A stretch of 64,000 nt of DNA from Nemertoderma westbladi (taxonomy: Eukaryota > Animalia > Xenacoelomorpha), in contig JAUCBJ010007265.1 in NCBI GenBank assembly GCA_032718475.1, forward strand, positions 1-64,000, given 5' to 3'. Within the stretch, counting starts at the first letter, position 1. Every line of letters begins with the position of its first letter. Below are positions 38,772 through 51,110 of this stretch, piece by piece. Below the pieces are notes generated by a model. The model made no database searches and was not told where the DNA came from. It saw nothing but the letters and a program-made list of their open reading frames with translations. Position numbers and translations under genes: made by a program.

Positions 38772-39273
38772 TGTGTGAAAGGTAAAGAGAGTTATTGATC
38801 GCTGTATATAGTTCTCCGGGTATAATAGTATAAGATATGATATAATGTATACAGATGATAACACAAAGTATAAGATACAATATTGGATACACGGATGGTA
38901 TACGAAGACGGTAATTGAAGTTCCGGTACTACCCTAGCTAAACTGACTTACTATAAGTGAATGAAATGATTACTGTACTGATAATATATATTGCACGTTT
39001 GGCCGTGTTACATTACTCAACCGATGCCTTCCCCCCATTGGCTAATAACCCTGTTGTCGCCCTTTGCCTCCCCTGGAGGGTTTCCCTTCGCCCCTGTTAC
39101 CTCTCTCTCTCTCTCAGGGGTGTAACCCCTGACCCTTATTGTGTGTGTGTGTGTGCTTTCTCCTTCCCACTTTGTTGGGGTGACACGAGGTTGATTGCTC
39201 ACCCTCGTGTTCCCCAATATTGCTTAACGGCTCACTTTATGGGGTGGTTAGCGGAATTGGATAAGCTAACACA
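38772..39273 (-). promoter_or_regulatory. Candidate 5' LTR / promoter of the BEL/Pao element
   Basis: On the minus strand it begins TGT at ~39273, has CCAAT (~39040), a TATA-like tatatatt (~38985), a TCATT Inr-like motif (~38965) and a GTAAGT donor (38946-38951), and ends ...TTCACA(CA) near 38772-38776. No second copy in the window and no clean PBS. Confidence 0.35.
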
Positions 39274-40737
39274 GACTCTGATTGTGAAAAATAGAGAATA
39301 GGATGTTAATTGCTACCGTACCGCTAGCTGAGCTGGTATATATATTTAATTCTATAGATTTTGTTGCCACAGTGTTATGCAGCAATGCCTAGCAGTACGT
39401 GGCAAGGCTGCGGTAGAATGTTAGTAAACGCCTTTAGCCTAAATGTTATGCCGGTAGCAGGAAAGCTGCCCTTTGCCTGAGTAAATACGTCAAACCCAGA
39501 CAGATCAGTTGACAGAACTGCCTACAGAGCTAACCGGTACAATAGCTAGTATGGTTAAGTCACCAAATTACAGAGTGTGCTATTTGCACTCAGTGTACCT
39601 GAGCGCACTAACTAGCACCAGCTCACACCTGTAAATCGTGCAGGCCAACTGTGGGGTTTCTGTCTGGATCCAAGATATTTTGCTCCTAATTTTTATGGCG
39701 TCCCAGGACGTCCTTACATTTTACCCTGATCTATGGTCTTACAGCGGACAAAAGCGTTGAACGAAGTCTTACCTCTGGCATGGGCAGTCTCAGGCTGTCG
39801 AATCATGTTCAAATGTGCGAGGGCGATTTGTGTGGGTCCCTTATGCGTTCGCAAGCATTCCTCCCCCTTTACATTGCTGTCACCTAAGGATTTAGGCAGC
39901 CATTTGTCAAATGTTTGGCCGTCGTCAAGATAGATACGTCAAAACTACATACTAGAGTTTTTTTGTATATTTTAACGTAAATCAAGAATACAAAACTAAC
40001 ATTACTAAATAATAAGTTTCAAAGTTTAAACTAATGATAAGTAAGTTTACAACTAACAAGCAAATGAATTTAGTAAGAAGTTTACAATTAACAAGTGATA
40101 ACTAAAGGACAAACTGCACCTTTTATATTAATTTGGGGTGTGGAATCGCACTAGAATCTTCCATTCGTTCTACGACATTCTAGGAGTTCGCATTGGTCCA
40201 ATAAATTATTTAGCATATACTACTGGTCCAGCTAATCCGTTCTATTAGGTGTACACACGTTATTGGTTCAACTACTCTAATACAGATAGGCGGTTCGAAA
40301 TTGAAATAAATTGTTACAAAAATACAAATTTTACTGAGGGAGATTTGAATACGTAATCTAATATATGCACGACCTACAGACTAACCTACTGAGCTACTGA
40401 ACCATCCGATGTATAATCTCTTAAAATACGTTACATATCACAAATATATAGTTTTTTAAATATCTCAGAAATAAGGCAAATATATCTAAATTTTTTACGT
40501 AAAACAAATGTACAAATTGCTATCTAAATGAAATAATTCCACAATTTCAATATACCGCACTGCCACAGCAATCTTCGCATTCGGAGTGGCGATTTTTCCT
40601 CATTGTGAAGATCATTGAATGTATATGTAGATACTTCAATGCAATCAACTGATGGGGGGGGGGACTTTCGCCGAAATCAAAATCCCTATCCAGGGGAAAA
40701 TCAACACGAATAACAGCTCATTACTCTAAAAAATATA

Positions 40738-41057
40738 ATGTACTGTAAATGGTTTTGTTCAGAAGTGGAAAATCACCTGGCAGCAATACTCGAGCTGAAT
40801 ATTTATTTATTTGTACTTCCCTCCTGTTTCACTCTAGCATACTTGAGGCCGTTAGGTCCGCTGTTCGAGATAGGATATGCAACTTAAGACTGCCCATTCA
40901 ATAGAAGTGGATTAGGTGGGAGTGTGAGTGTCAGGGGCTAGTGGCTGAGCTGGTTAGCGTTACTGATGAGGCCTGTTAGGCCGAAACGTACGTATAGCGC
41001 TGGTTCAACGCGCTTTCTCATTTTTTCCACTTCTGAACAAAACCATTTACAGTACAT
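40738..41057 (+). mobile_element. Penelope-like pLTR remnant with inverted tail copy
   Basis: Perfect 35-bp inverted repeat 40738-40772 / 41023-41057 enclosing a hammerhead motif, a layout typical of truncated PLE insertions. Confidence 0.6.
40944..41009 (+). ncRNA. Type I (minimal, PLE/retrozyme-type) hammerhead ribozyme
   Basis: Stem I agcgtta/tagcgct (extendable); core CTGATGA 40963-40969; stem II ggcct-gtt-aggcc; GAAA 40983-40986; palindromic mini stem III cgtacg; cleavage triplet GTA ending at 40994. Confidence 0.88.
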
Positions 41058-41295
41058 CATTAATTACAGTTTGCAACAGCTCATCCCCAATTTATTTAAA
41101 AAATATAACTGTAACCCTAGTATTTTATTTAGTTTATTGTTTTGGTTGAATAAAATGCCACTGTAACACGCTCCCACTGTAATCTCTCGCAATCAACAAC
41201 TCCAATCTAATGTGCTGATGCAGCTTGAGATATAGCAGCTCTTCCTGAGATACATCACATGACTCGTAACTAACTCTACCTTATTGTAATAACTA

Positions 41296-41915
41296 TTTAC
41301 ATCATTGTGTGCAAAGTAGAACTTTGCAGCGTTATGAACCGATTTTATTTATGTACCGAGCGAGCCCAGCGAGCGAGGTTTACATAAATAAACAAGGGTC
41401 TTTAACGCTGAAAAGTGACCTTTGCAACCAATGATGTATGTAATTTTGTTACATTATATCAACTTATCAGCGTTCGGTATGTGAAGAAAGGATTTTATGG
41501 ATACTCATTAATACATTTTAATCATGTACTAAATATATCGAATATAAGTGAAATTTATTAACAGGTACACAGTATTAATTATACATTTAAATCTAATTAA
41601 AGTTTATTGGAAGTTATCTCCTGCATGGATGTGATAAATCGTTGATACATATCGACTGAAGCAAACTGAGTCACCGTATGTGTCCGTTCAGTTTTACTGA
41701 ACACTGTCACCGTATTTTGTTTGCTCAATTTTCTATAAAATATCTTCCATAGGACGTATGGAATAAAGTCTTACACGTTAAACAATTATTTACATACAGT
41801 AGCTAGTCCTGTCACTTCAAACTCTACGCACGCATTATGAAAAAACGTGCTTCTTTATTGCAGGGTTACGAGTAATTCACCAGAACGTTGTTAAGTTGAT
41901 ATAATGTAACAAAAT
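41296..41915. mobile_element. Non-autonomous DNA element with ~140-bp hairpin head and 24-bp inverted repeats
   Basis: Imperfect palindrome 41298-41438 centred on cgagcgagcccagcgagcg; perfect IR attttgttacattatatcaactta 41443-41466 / 41892-41915. Confidence 0.6.
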
Positions 41916-42169
41916 ATCTTCTTTGGTGTTTTGGATCTTACGTTACAATTGCCATTGTTGTGAATTGAAAATACACAACTTATACGCATTTTGCTTTAAT
42001 CTATATCAATAATATCAAATAATAAATCAATATTAAATATCAAATACTTGAAGTGCTGTACGTTAGCTACATAGTTCTAATTATCTCCTTAATTCTGGAC
42101 CATTATTGTATCCTAACAGTAATAATAGTAATTAAGTATTAGCGATTAGCGATTAGTTAAAGTTAAAGT

Positions 42170-45005
42170 ATATTATTCAAACTTAGGTCACTTAAGACCC
42201 CTGTTGATAGATTACAAGCACAAGCACAGTTATGGATAATTATTTACCAATTATACTGCACATCAACAATATAGAGCTTATCTATACAATATATTCCAAA
42301 ATGAAAATAAACAATATTGAAGAGCACACAATAAAAAATAAATATAATAAGAAATCGCATTTCAAAGCAAAAATATGTTATGTATTGTTTTCAATCGTAA
42401 TGTACTGTTATGTACTCCCTAGTACAGATCCCCTTGCCTTCATTGCATAGAATATATACAATGCTATTCCGAAAACTATGTTATTGTCGACCGCGCACAT
42501 CAATTTGTTGAATTTGAAAATGGACGGGTACCGAGAAAAGAACCGACCAAGATAATTACAACGTAAAAAATTATATTTCTCGCATACCAGAAGGAAATGG
42601 TACTCGTCCTCCACATCTCCGTTGCCACAAACAATACAAAGACGTTGATCCCGAGGAATGTTATACCATCTACCGGTTTCGATTGCAAGATAGTGGGAAC
42701 TACAACGGAAGCGCGGAAAGGACTGTCTTAGACTCAAATGATTGTGCAGAAGTTGTATATATGAAGATGTCCTGAAGGTTTCCTTAATGTAAAAAAATCC
42801 CTTTGGTGATTCGACAACATCCTGTCTCCATCTCTGTTTAAATTGATCTCTGATGCGAACTTTTACTGGTGCAAGGAACTGCGTTCTAGACTGTATTAAT
42901 TCACTCTGGGTGGACCACACATTACTGTAACCGAGGCTGTTCAATAAATCTCTCACCTTGGTTGCCCAATTAACTACGGAAGGGTCCTGGACAGAGTCGT
43001 CAAGCATCATTGAATATGCTCTCTTCAATATACGAGTTTTGGGCAGTGCCACTACCTTCAACCAATACTTAATAATGCTTTGATACCTGCCTGTATAAAG
43101 TGGAAACTGTCCAGTCTCACCATAAACCACGAAATTGGGAGAATTACTGCGGATACGCAAAAAACTTTTTAAAAATTTCAGATTGACGCGTTCTATATCA
43201 ATTGCTTCTTGGAATCCCCATACTTCGCTACCGTAGTTTAATAAGTGCATTAAACAAAAATATCGCTACATCAAATGGCAAACATGGATATTTTACAAAT
43301 AATTTGAGTAATGAAAAATAAGCTTTTTGCGCCTTCTCTGCGAGTACCTGTTGCGCAATGTTGAACTTACCAGACGCAGAGAAAGTAATACCTAGATAAG
43401 TGTACTGGTTCACTACCGTCAACTTTGTACCTTTATATGACCACGTATCAGAGTTACATAGTCTACCCCCGTTACGAAATACTACAATATTTGATTTATC
43501 AATGTTTACTGAAAGGCACCAATAATCACAATACTGTTCTAGAATATTTAATGCACATTGAAGTTCAATTGGACTGTCGGAAATAATAACAATATCATCA
43601 GCAAATAACAGTAAATACAATTTCAGCACTCCAATAGATATGCCACCGAAACCACCTCTGGATAGTTCTGCTTCGAGGTCATTTATGAACAAACTAAATA
43701 ATAAAGGTGACAAACTTTCACCTTGTAGAACTCCTATTATACAATCGTAGGAATCCGACAATAACCCATTTGAACGTACGCAATGTTTTACCGAACTATA
43801 CATACTCTTAACTATATTCAATAATTTACCACCAACACCTAGAGACAGCAATTTAATCCACAAAGCACTTCTGTCTACACTATCGAAAGCTTTTTTCAAG
43901 TCAATAAAAGCACAATATAGTTTACGTTTCTTGCTATTACCAGATAGAAAATGGTCAATCAGTGACTTTAAGATAAGCATTTGGTCTACAGTCGAGTAAC
44001 CCGATCTAAACCCACCCTGTGCGTCGACTATAATGCCAAATGCATCTGCCCACCACTGTAATCGACGATTTAAGAGAGACGTAAATAATTTACTTAAAAC
44101 GTTTAATAACGTAATAGGCCTATAGTTCCCGGGATTTAACTTTGCACCTTTTTTAAATAATGGAGTAACAATTCCTATAGACCACTGTGATGGAAAATTA
44201 CCAGATTCTAGAATAGCATTAAACAACATAACAACTGTAGGGACTAAATGATCACAACCCTCAATCAGATGGTGATTTGTTACGTTTAAGGTTATGTATC
44301 ATTTCTGACACTTCTGGTTCCGTAAATGGCATTCCCAGATCACGTTCAAAAATTGTTCTAGAATCATTTAGGTTAAAATTATCGGTGGGAGGGGGTATTG
44401 GTACGCCTGTATCACAAAAATTGCACTCGTGGTCGCTTTGGTTCTTATAAAAATCGCGGAATTGTTCAAGTGACGGCTGGGATGCACTATTACTAACTTT
44501 GCTACCACCGCACACCCTTTTTACTTTTTTCCAAAATAGTTTGGCTTCAGAAGTGCGATGAAGTTTCAATTTGGTTGCTTCATCGATATAATGTTCGTAT
44601 CTGGCTTTACGAAGTGTTTTCTTATATACCTTACGTTTATTCGACAATAAGGAATATGATTCGCCAGTCCGTAAATTACGCCAATTTTTCAGCGCACTAC
44701 TGAATTCCAATTTTGCACCATTGCAATTATCATTAAACCAAATTGCACGGCAATGCACTTTGGCCTTTGCACTTTGTCCTACTGTTGTAGTAAAATATTC
44801 ATTGGAAATATCATTAAAAATATTCGAGAATTTACCAATACATTTATCGATATTGCACTGAGAAAAATCGCACTCATAAATTAAATCGTCCTGCACTTCT
44901 TGTAGTTTATGTTGCACATTGGTTGACTGTATAAAGTTATGGTAATCCGCCTTAAATTTATCATTCCACTTGCAACATTGTGGTTGCTCAGGAGTTAGCA
45001 ACGTA
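42170..45005 (-). mobile_element. 5'-truncated LINE (RTE-X-like) with frameshifted ORF2
   Basis: ORFs 44261-45001, 43228-44229 (NYRPITLL, FIDLKKAFDSV, QGESLSP, LFADD, YTYLG) and 42408-43250 (LNYGSEVWG; HYLAIETGRW...CIVC...EDEYHFLLVC CCHC). Confidence 0.9.
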
Positions 45006-46214
45006 AATAATTAATTGCACTTCATTCATATCGGAATATTAAATGAAATAAATAGGTAGCTATTATTTTATTCCAAATAAGTACAACTTCTTTGTGTATT
45101 ACGATGGCCTGGTTCGTAGACGATATCCCCGGATCAATGAACGGTCGTAGCTGGTCAGGTTTGTCGGTCATTGTTGGACACAATGTATCAGTTGGAGAAA
45201 ATTTCTGATAATTGTTAATTTTTGATTATAATAGACTAACAATGAAGCGAAAAAGAGCAAAAAAATTTTAGCAACGAATAAAATTCACGCGGGAAACGGT
45301 TGTACAGTATATGTATTGCCTGTACATATACAGTGTCATACAGTACATATCTTTGTAGGCCTATTACACTCACCTTCACACTTACCTTCATCGTTGGCTT
45401 CCACCGTCCTACCTTACTTCTGGCGTTGTTAATGGTGTGCGATTGGACTTGTTTAGATATCTGAGTACAAAGGATATAATTTCTTAAAAAGAAAAACAAA
45501 ATTTTTTCACTCGTTCCCATTACATGCCATTTTGTCTAAAAGAATTTTTTTTAATTCGCCACTGACGAGATTCGAACCTGTGGCGAATTCTACATTTTTT
45601 CGCGCCAATGGGGTAGACGACTCGGAAATTTTTTTTCGAGTTTTCGTTGGTTTCATGTGAAAGAGCATGTGAAAAAACCCCAGAGAGCAATTTTACTTCA
45701 AAAAAATTAATATTGGCCGAGTTATAGCAATTTTAAAACGCAAAATTAGCAACATCGAAAAATCAGGCCGTTTCAGAAAACTGCACGAGTGACGTCAGCC
45801 ATAACACAGCAACAGTTGTCAAGCGCTGTTGATTGGCTAATATAAAGTATAATATTGCAGTATCTAAAATAAAACAAATAATAAATGTAGCTATGTATTT
45901 ATTTGGATGTGTATTTATGTTGTGTTAAGAATCGATTATAGGATAGCGGTATGGAGGCAAATTATTCATATCAAGTTAATTATTCTAGAATAATATTTAT
46001 TTCGCCCATACCTGTACCGTAGAACTGTAGCTAAAAATAAATATAGCTAGCTAAATACTGCCAGGCGTTTCATTAATCTATTTTTTAATTGTTTTTACAG
46101 CGAACAATGCGGCAATCGCTCAAAACATAATGTTTTGGGCGATAGGTTTATGTTCTTAACATATTTTGGCTAGTTACATGTGAAAAAAAAATGTTTTAAA
46201 GAAAATAAAAACAA

Positions 46215-46619
46215 ATGTTTGTGGTAGCTATTGTTTTCAATGGTATTTACTGTTTTAATAATGTAGCTAGTGTTTTTATAAAATACCACAAAATCTTATT
46301 TTTTGATGCCATTTCAGATGCCATTAAACCAACGCATGTGGTAGTAGTAAAATGTCCAACATCAAAACATGCCATTCAAAAATCTTATCTTACACAATCG
46401 AATATCGTAAGCGCTAAATTCATGTCACAAATCCAACTTCAAATGCATCTTTGCAATAAACAATGGGCCTTGTTTAGCATCGCAGATCCATCTTTTGAAA
46501 TAAATGGCGAAGTGAAAATAGTTGAAGTATCATATGATTCCATATACATGCAAAGTTTACTGAAAAGTAGTCGTAGCTTCTGGAAGGAATATATATTTCC
46601 CAAAATTGTGAAAAAATAG
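46215..46619 (+). pseudogene. YqaJ / lambda-exonuclease-like PD-(D/E)xK domain, C-terminal remnant
   Basis: SDAI...VVVVKCP (cf. PDG...EIKCP), QIQLQMHLC, FWKEYIFPK; the catalytic Glu appears replaced. Confidence 0.65.
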
Positions 46620-46761
46620 ATAATTAAAAAATGTAAATTATAGTTATAGTTCAACTAAATTCTGATTAATGCTGATTGTATTGAGATGGCAGCTGAAGAT
46701 ATTTTTACTACGTCATCCATTACAGCTACATGGACTAACTATGTCCACTTACTACTACTTA

Positions 46762-47262
46762 GGCCCCCCTCACACGGAGCAACTTGTTTCTGAAACTTGT
46801 TGCTGGACCCCCTCACACACAGAAACTTGTTGCTGCAACTTGTTTCCGAAACTTGTTTCTGTGTGTGAGGACTCCAGCAACAAGTTTCTGCAACTTGTTT
46901 CCGCAACTTATTTCTGTGTGTGAGGGAGTCCAGCAACAAGTTGCTGGAAGTTAAATTCCCAGCAACTTTTTGAAAAACTTTTATTACATTCCATTTTGAT
47001 ACTAGCTAATATTAGATAATTTGAGTGATGTGATATTATATACAAATGACTGGACATGTTAGCTATTTATTTGGAAATAATTGTTATTTTCTTCAGCAAC
47101 AAGTTTCTGTGTGTGAGGGGGTCCAGCAACAAGTTGCAGAAACAAGTTTCGGAAACAAGTTGCTGAAACAATTTGCAGCAACAAGTTTATGTGTGTGAGG
47201 GGGTCCAGCAACAAGTTTCAGAAACAAGTTGCAGAAACAAGTTGCTCCGTGTGAGGGGGGCC
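46762..47262. mobile_element. PIF/Harbinger-like MITE nested in the TIR element
   Basis: Long TIRs GGCCCCCCTCACACGGAGCAACTTG..., flanked by tta / taa, with many gcaacttgtt sub-repeats. Confidence 0.75.
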
Positions 47263-49176
47263 TAATAAGTGCCAATCCACAATTTAATCCAAAGTAATCT
47301 GAGTTTTGAAGCTGAATAAAACATCAATAAGCTACTGGATTTCTACCACCTGGCAGTTTTAGCTACAAAATATGTTTTATTTTTATAGCTAACAACTGTA
47401 CGGTTTGGGAGAAATAAATATTATTCTGGAATAATTAACTTGTCGTGAATCAATTTCCACATTAAGATATCAAATAATGTATTCTTAACACAACACAAAA
47501 ACACACTAAATAAATATTAGCTGCACAATTTATTTTAGTTACTAAGAGATTTATATTGTATAGTAACCAATGAACATTTACTGCTGCACTAGTGACGTCA
47601 CTAGTGCAGTTTTCTGAAACGGCCTGATTTTTCGATGTTGCTAATTTTGCGTTTTAAAATCGCTATAACTCGGCCAATATTAATTTTTTTTAAGTAAAAT
47701 TGCTCTCTGGGGTTTTTTCACATGCTCGTTCACATGAAACCAACGAAAACTCGAACAAAATTTTCCGAGTCGTCTACCCCATTGCCATAATGTTGTTCAT
47801 TCGCATTTAATCTATACAGTATGAAGGAAAGATATTATTAAGTAGATATAAATGGCATCGTGTTCAATATGCTATTGAAAATTAATAGTTAGGTCGCTTA
47901 ACAAGTTAATGTGGACAAACTTCCTATAATTGGCATAGGTGTAGGTAATTACCATACCTTTAATTATTTAAGGGGAACCAACTTTGCCAATTTTTGTCGT
48001 TTTTGAAACTCATGATTTATCGGTCCCATATTACCATGACAACAGGAGGTCATTTACAAAAGTCCACTTTCCAATAAAGCTACAGTCTTCTTATAACCTT
48101 GACCTACCCTCCACATATCAAAATCAGAGATTCCATTGACGTCATTTGTAACACCCGGTTGCCATGGCAACTGTTTCAAAAACGACTTTCAAACGCCGAT
48201 TTTCAGTAAATATCCGAAAAATATAAAACCATTGATTAATAATTGTTACACATTTGGAAAAATCATCTAAAATTATAAATATATTATCCATGAGACACTC
48301 TTGATTTCTACTAGTGGACCAATTTAAATAGACCTGTGGTAGTCCTGTAACCATGGTCACAAGTCACTAAATATATTCTGCCAAATTTAATATAGTTCCG
48401 AACTATCTAAAAAAAATTCAATTTTGGATCTAGTGTCTTAGATGTTGCCAAGTCCAGACAATTACTTTCCGACCATTCAAGTTTGCCTATGTTGCCATGG
48501 TAAAAAAAATAAAAACATGTTCAATATACTTCAACTTTGTTCATATCCACATACCTTAGTACCTCATTACATAGTAGAGGTCTATGACCTCTAGCACAGT
48601 CAATATAGTTACCATAGCAACGGGTATGTTTCATTATTATGTACTTCCGCTTTCTTGTTTTTTCTTATTTTCATATTTAGAAGGTAACAATTTTCTTGAT
48701 TTGAAAAATATATATATGGGGTCTATCATAGCTATTTTTTAAATGTAAATAATTACTCATGACCATAGCAAAGGGAGATCTCCCTCTTTTACACTAATTG
48801 CTAGGTGAAATTTCTCCAAATTTTGTGAAATATGAACACTGAAGTATAGAAACATATTATGGACAAAAATTTCAAAATTAATTTATGTTTACTTACTATA
48901 CTTGCATAGCAACATAGCTTTTCCATAGCAACCATAAACTTTTTCATGGTATTCTAAGCAAAAACATGTTTCCTGCATCAGTATAATGATTTCCATAGCA
49001 ACGGTAAGTTTTACATAGCAACAACAAATTTACCATAGCAACCTGAAACATATCTTAGCAACGGAGCGGTTTTGACATAAATTACAAGTTTTTTACTTGA
49101 GTGTTACATATGAGAGGAAATACATCCTTAGCAACAGCGATTTTTGCATAGCTTCGAGGAATTTTGCAACCCTCCT

Positions 49177-50075
49177 GACTACTACTACTAGGTCGAGCGA
49201 ACTCGGACAGTGGAAATGAGATCCTTCCAGGCTTCCCGATTCTCCATAGTTGTCGCAATTTCGTTTCTCCCAAGTTCAGTATCCCTTTCAAGTTGATCTA
49301 TATATGTTATGGCAGGTCGTCCACGACTACGCTTTCCATGAGTTGGTTGCCAGAAAAGTAGATCTGGTATAACCTCGTCTTTACTTCGCCAGCAGTGCCC
49401 ACTGAATCTTAATCTGCGTTCACGGAGGGTGGTTGATACAGGTGGTATTGTACCATAAAGCTCGGCGTTTGTCATGTGTTGTCTCCAGCTGATGTTTAGG
49501 GCTGCCCTTAGTAGACTTGTGTAGCAACCATCAATTCGTTGTTCAAGTGATTTAGTCAGTGTCCAGGTCTCACCCCCGTATAAAAATACACTTTCCACTG
49601 TGGCTCGAAAGAACTTGGTCTTCAGGTGCCTGGAGAGATCTGATTTCCAGATGGTATCCATTTTTGATAGAGCTACCCAAGCCTTTGCTTTCCTAACTTC
49701 TATGTCCTTTTTGCTACTCTCTATACATGATCCAAGGTACTGGAAGTCGTCGACCTTCCTTAGTTGATTATTATCAATGGTTGTCAAGTTTCCATCAACA
49801 TTAAAGGTCATGAATTCGGTCTTGGTAGCATTTATATGCAATCCAACCTCCTTAGCAGCCCTCTCCACTTTATTTAGTAGAAGCTGTGCATCTGCTAGCG
49901 TATTAGAGAGCAGGGCGATGTCATCCGCAAAGTCGGTGTCTGTGACTGTAGTTGCCGGATATCTACTACTTCTGCGTTCTTGAAGTGTGAATCCCAGATC
50001 TTCACCCTTTGTGGCCGTCCTCATTGCGTAATCCAGCACAATTACAAATAGTAATGGTGCTAATGTGTCACCTTA
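49177..50075 (-). mobile_element. 5'-truncated RTE-clade LINE inserted in Academ
   Basis: GDTLAPLLF, DFADDIAL, FQYLGS, VESVFLYGGETW, RRLRFSGHCWR, RGRP; stop followed by a (TAG)n tail; ORF 49188-50039 is uninterrupted. Confidence 0.92.
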
Positions 50076-51110
50076 CCCTCCTGTACCAAACCCTCCTGAA
50101 GGTAAAGAAATTGTCATCACATCTGGTGAAGCAACTGTTATTCAGGGATCCACCCATTCAAAGCCAAGCTGTGACCATGAGGAAGCTGACACCAGGCTTA
50201 TTATCCATTTACAGGATGCTATTACCAATGGTTATGCAAATTGTTTGGAATTGTTTGGTGCGAACTGTAGATACTGATGTACTGGTTCTTTTAATCGGGA
50301 AGTTTCATCACCTGGCAGATTTAGATCGAAGAGTTGATCTTTGGGTAGCATTTGGCACAGGCAAGCACTTCAATTATTATAACATCAATAGTGCGTTTGA
50401 AACCTTAGGTCAATATTAGTCAAGTACTACAATATTAGTGCGGAATGCCTCGACGGTCGAAACGTTTAACTCTCGTCTAAAAACCCACCTGTTTCGATTG
50501 GAGTATTCTACAGACTAATCTTTATTTTAATTTTTAATTTCACTGTTCCACAATTAAGTTTACTCAAAACTTATTTTTACTGTACTAACTATATATATAT
50601 TTTTAAGATACTTTAAGTTGGTTTTTATCATTGCGCCCTGAACAACTTGTACTAACTGATAGGACGCGTTATAAATAAAATATTATTATTATTATTATTA
50701 AGTATTGGAAAGGATCACGGTTGTAATTTAGGATAAGACCAGTGAATTACAACATGTGAACGAATTAAGGAAGGTCCACTTTTGCCAAAAGAATAGAACA
50801 TTAGAGACTATACCTCCAACCCATATGCACTGATGCAACATATAAAGCGAGCTGCCTACCAGGCAGGAATGTGGTGTACCAGCGATAAGAGTGACCAATG
50901 GGTACCAGCGCCAGATAGCTTTGGATGGTCACTTTATGATGAAACACAATCTTGGAATCCTGTCTGGAATATACTTCCAATTGCTTCCAAAGCATGCAAG
51001 GAATTAGTGAAGTGTGCTTGCCAGAGTAAGAAAGGGTGTGGCACAAGATGTGTTTGCAAAATTGCAAATTGGAAGTGAACTTTGCAAATGTCAATGCGAA
51101 AAACTTTAAT
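50076..51110 (+). pseudogene. Academ XPG/FEN-like nuclease and Cys-rich C-terminus, fragmented
   Basis: CDHEEADTRLIIH, VRTVDTDVLVLLI, WVAFGTGK, HIKRAAYQAGMW, PDSFGW, CKELVKCACQSKKGCGTRCVC; interrupted at ~50430-50700. Confidence 0.8.
50430..50700 (+). mobile_element. L2/CR1-type LINE 3' end
   Basis: ETFNSRLKTHLF terminus, short 3' UTR and (TTA)n tail. Confidence 0.65.

Larger units (their letters stand above)
27573..39273 (-). mobile_element. BEL/Pao LTR retrotransposon with extra 3' module (hairpin array + exonuclease ORF); paired LTRs not found
   Basis: gag-PR-RT-RNaseH-IN order with Pao-type motifs; the extra ORFs have the same strand and similar GC-rich, sense purine-rich composition. 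Outer boundaries are approximate. Confidence 0.8.
45606..47784. mobile_element. Long-TIR non-autonomous DNA transposon (P-like termini, superfamily uncertain)
   Basis: ~190-bp near-perfect TIRs starting CAATGGGGTAGACGACTCGG (45606 / 47784), with degenerate symmetry continuing ~470 bp inward; no matching TSD seen. Confidence 0.8.

Noticed and set aside
39640-39950. Possible minus-strand host exon
   Set aside because: Short open frame with a donor-like site but no recognisable domain or partner exons.
45553-45590. Second hammerhead (CTGACGA...GAA inside a hairpin)
   Set aside because: No proper stem II, GAAA or stem III; better read as a reversed tRNA B-box-like fragment.
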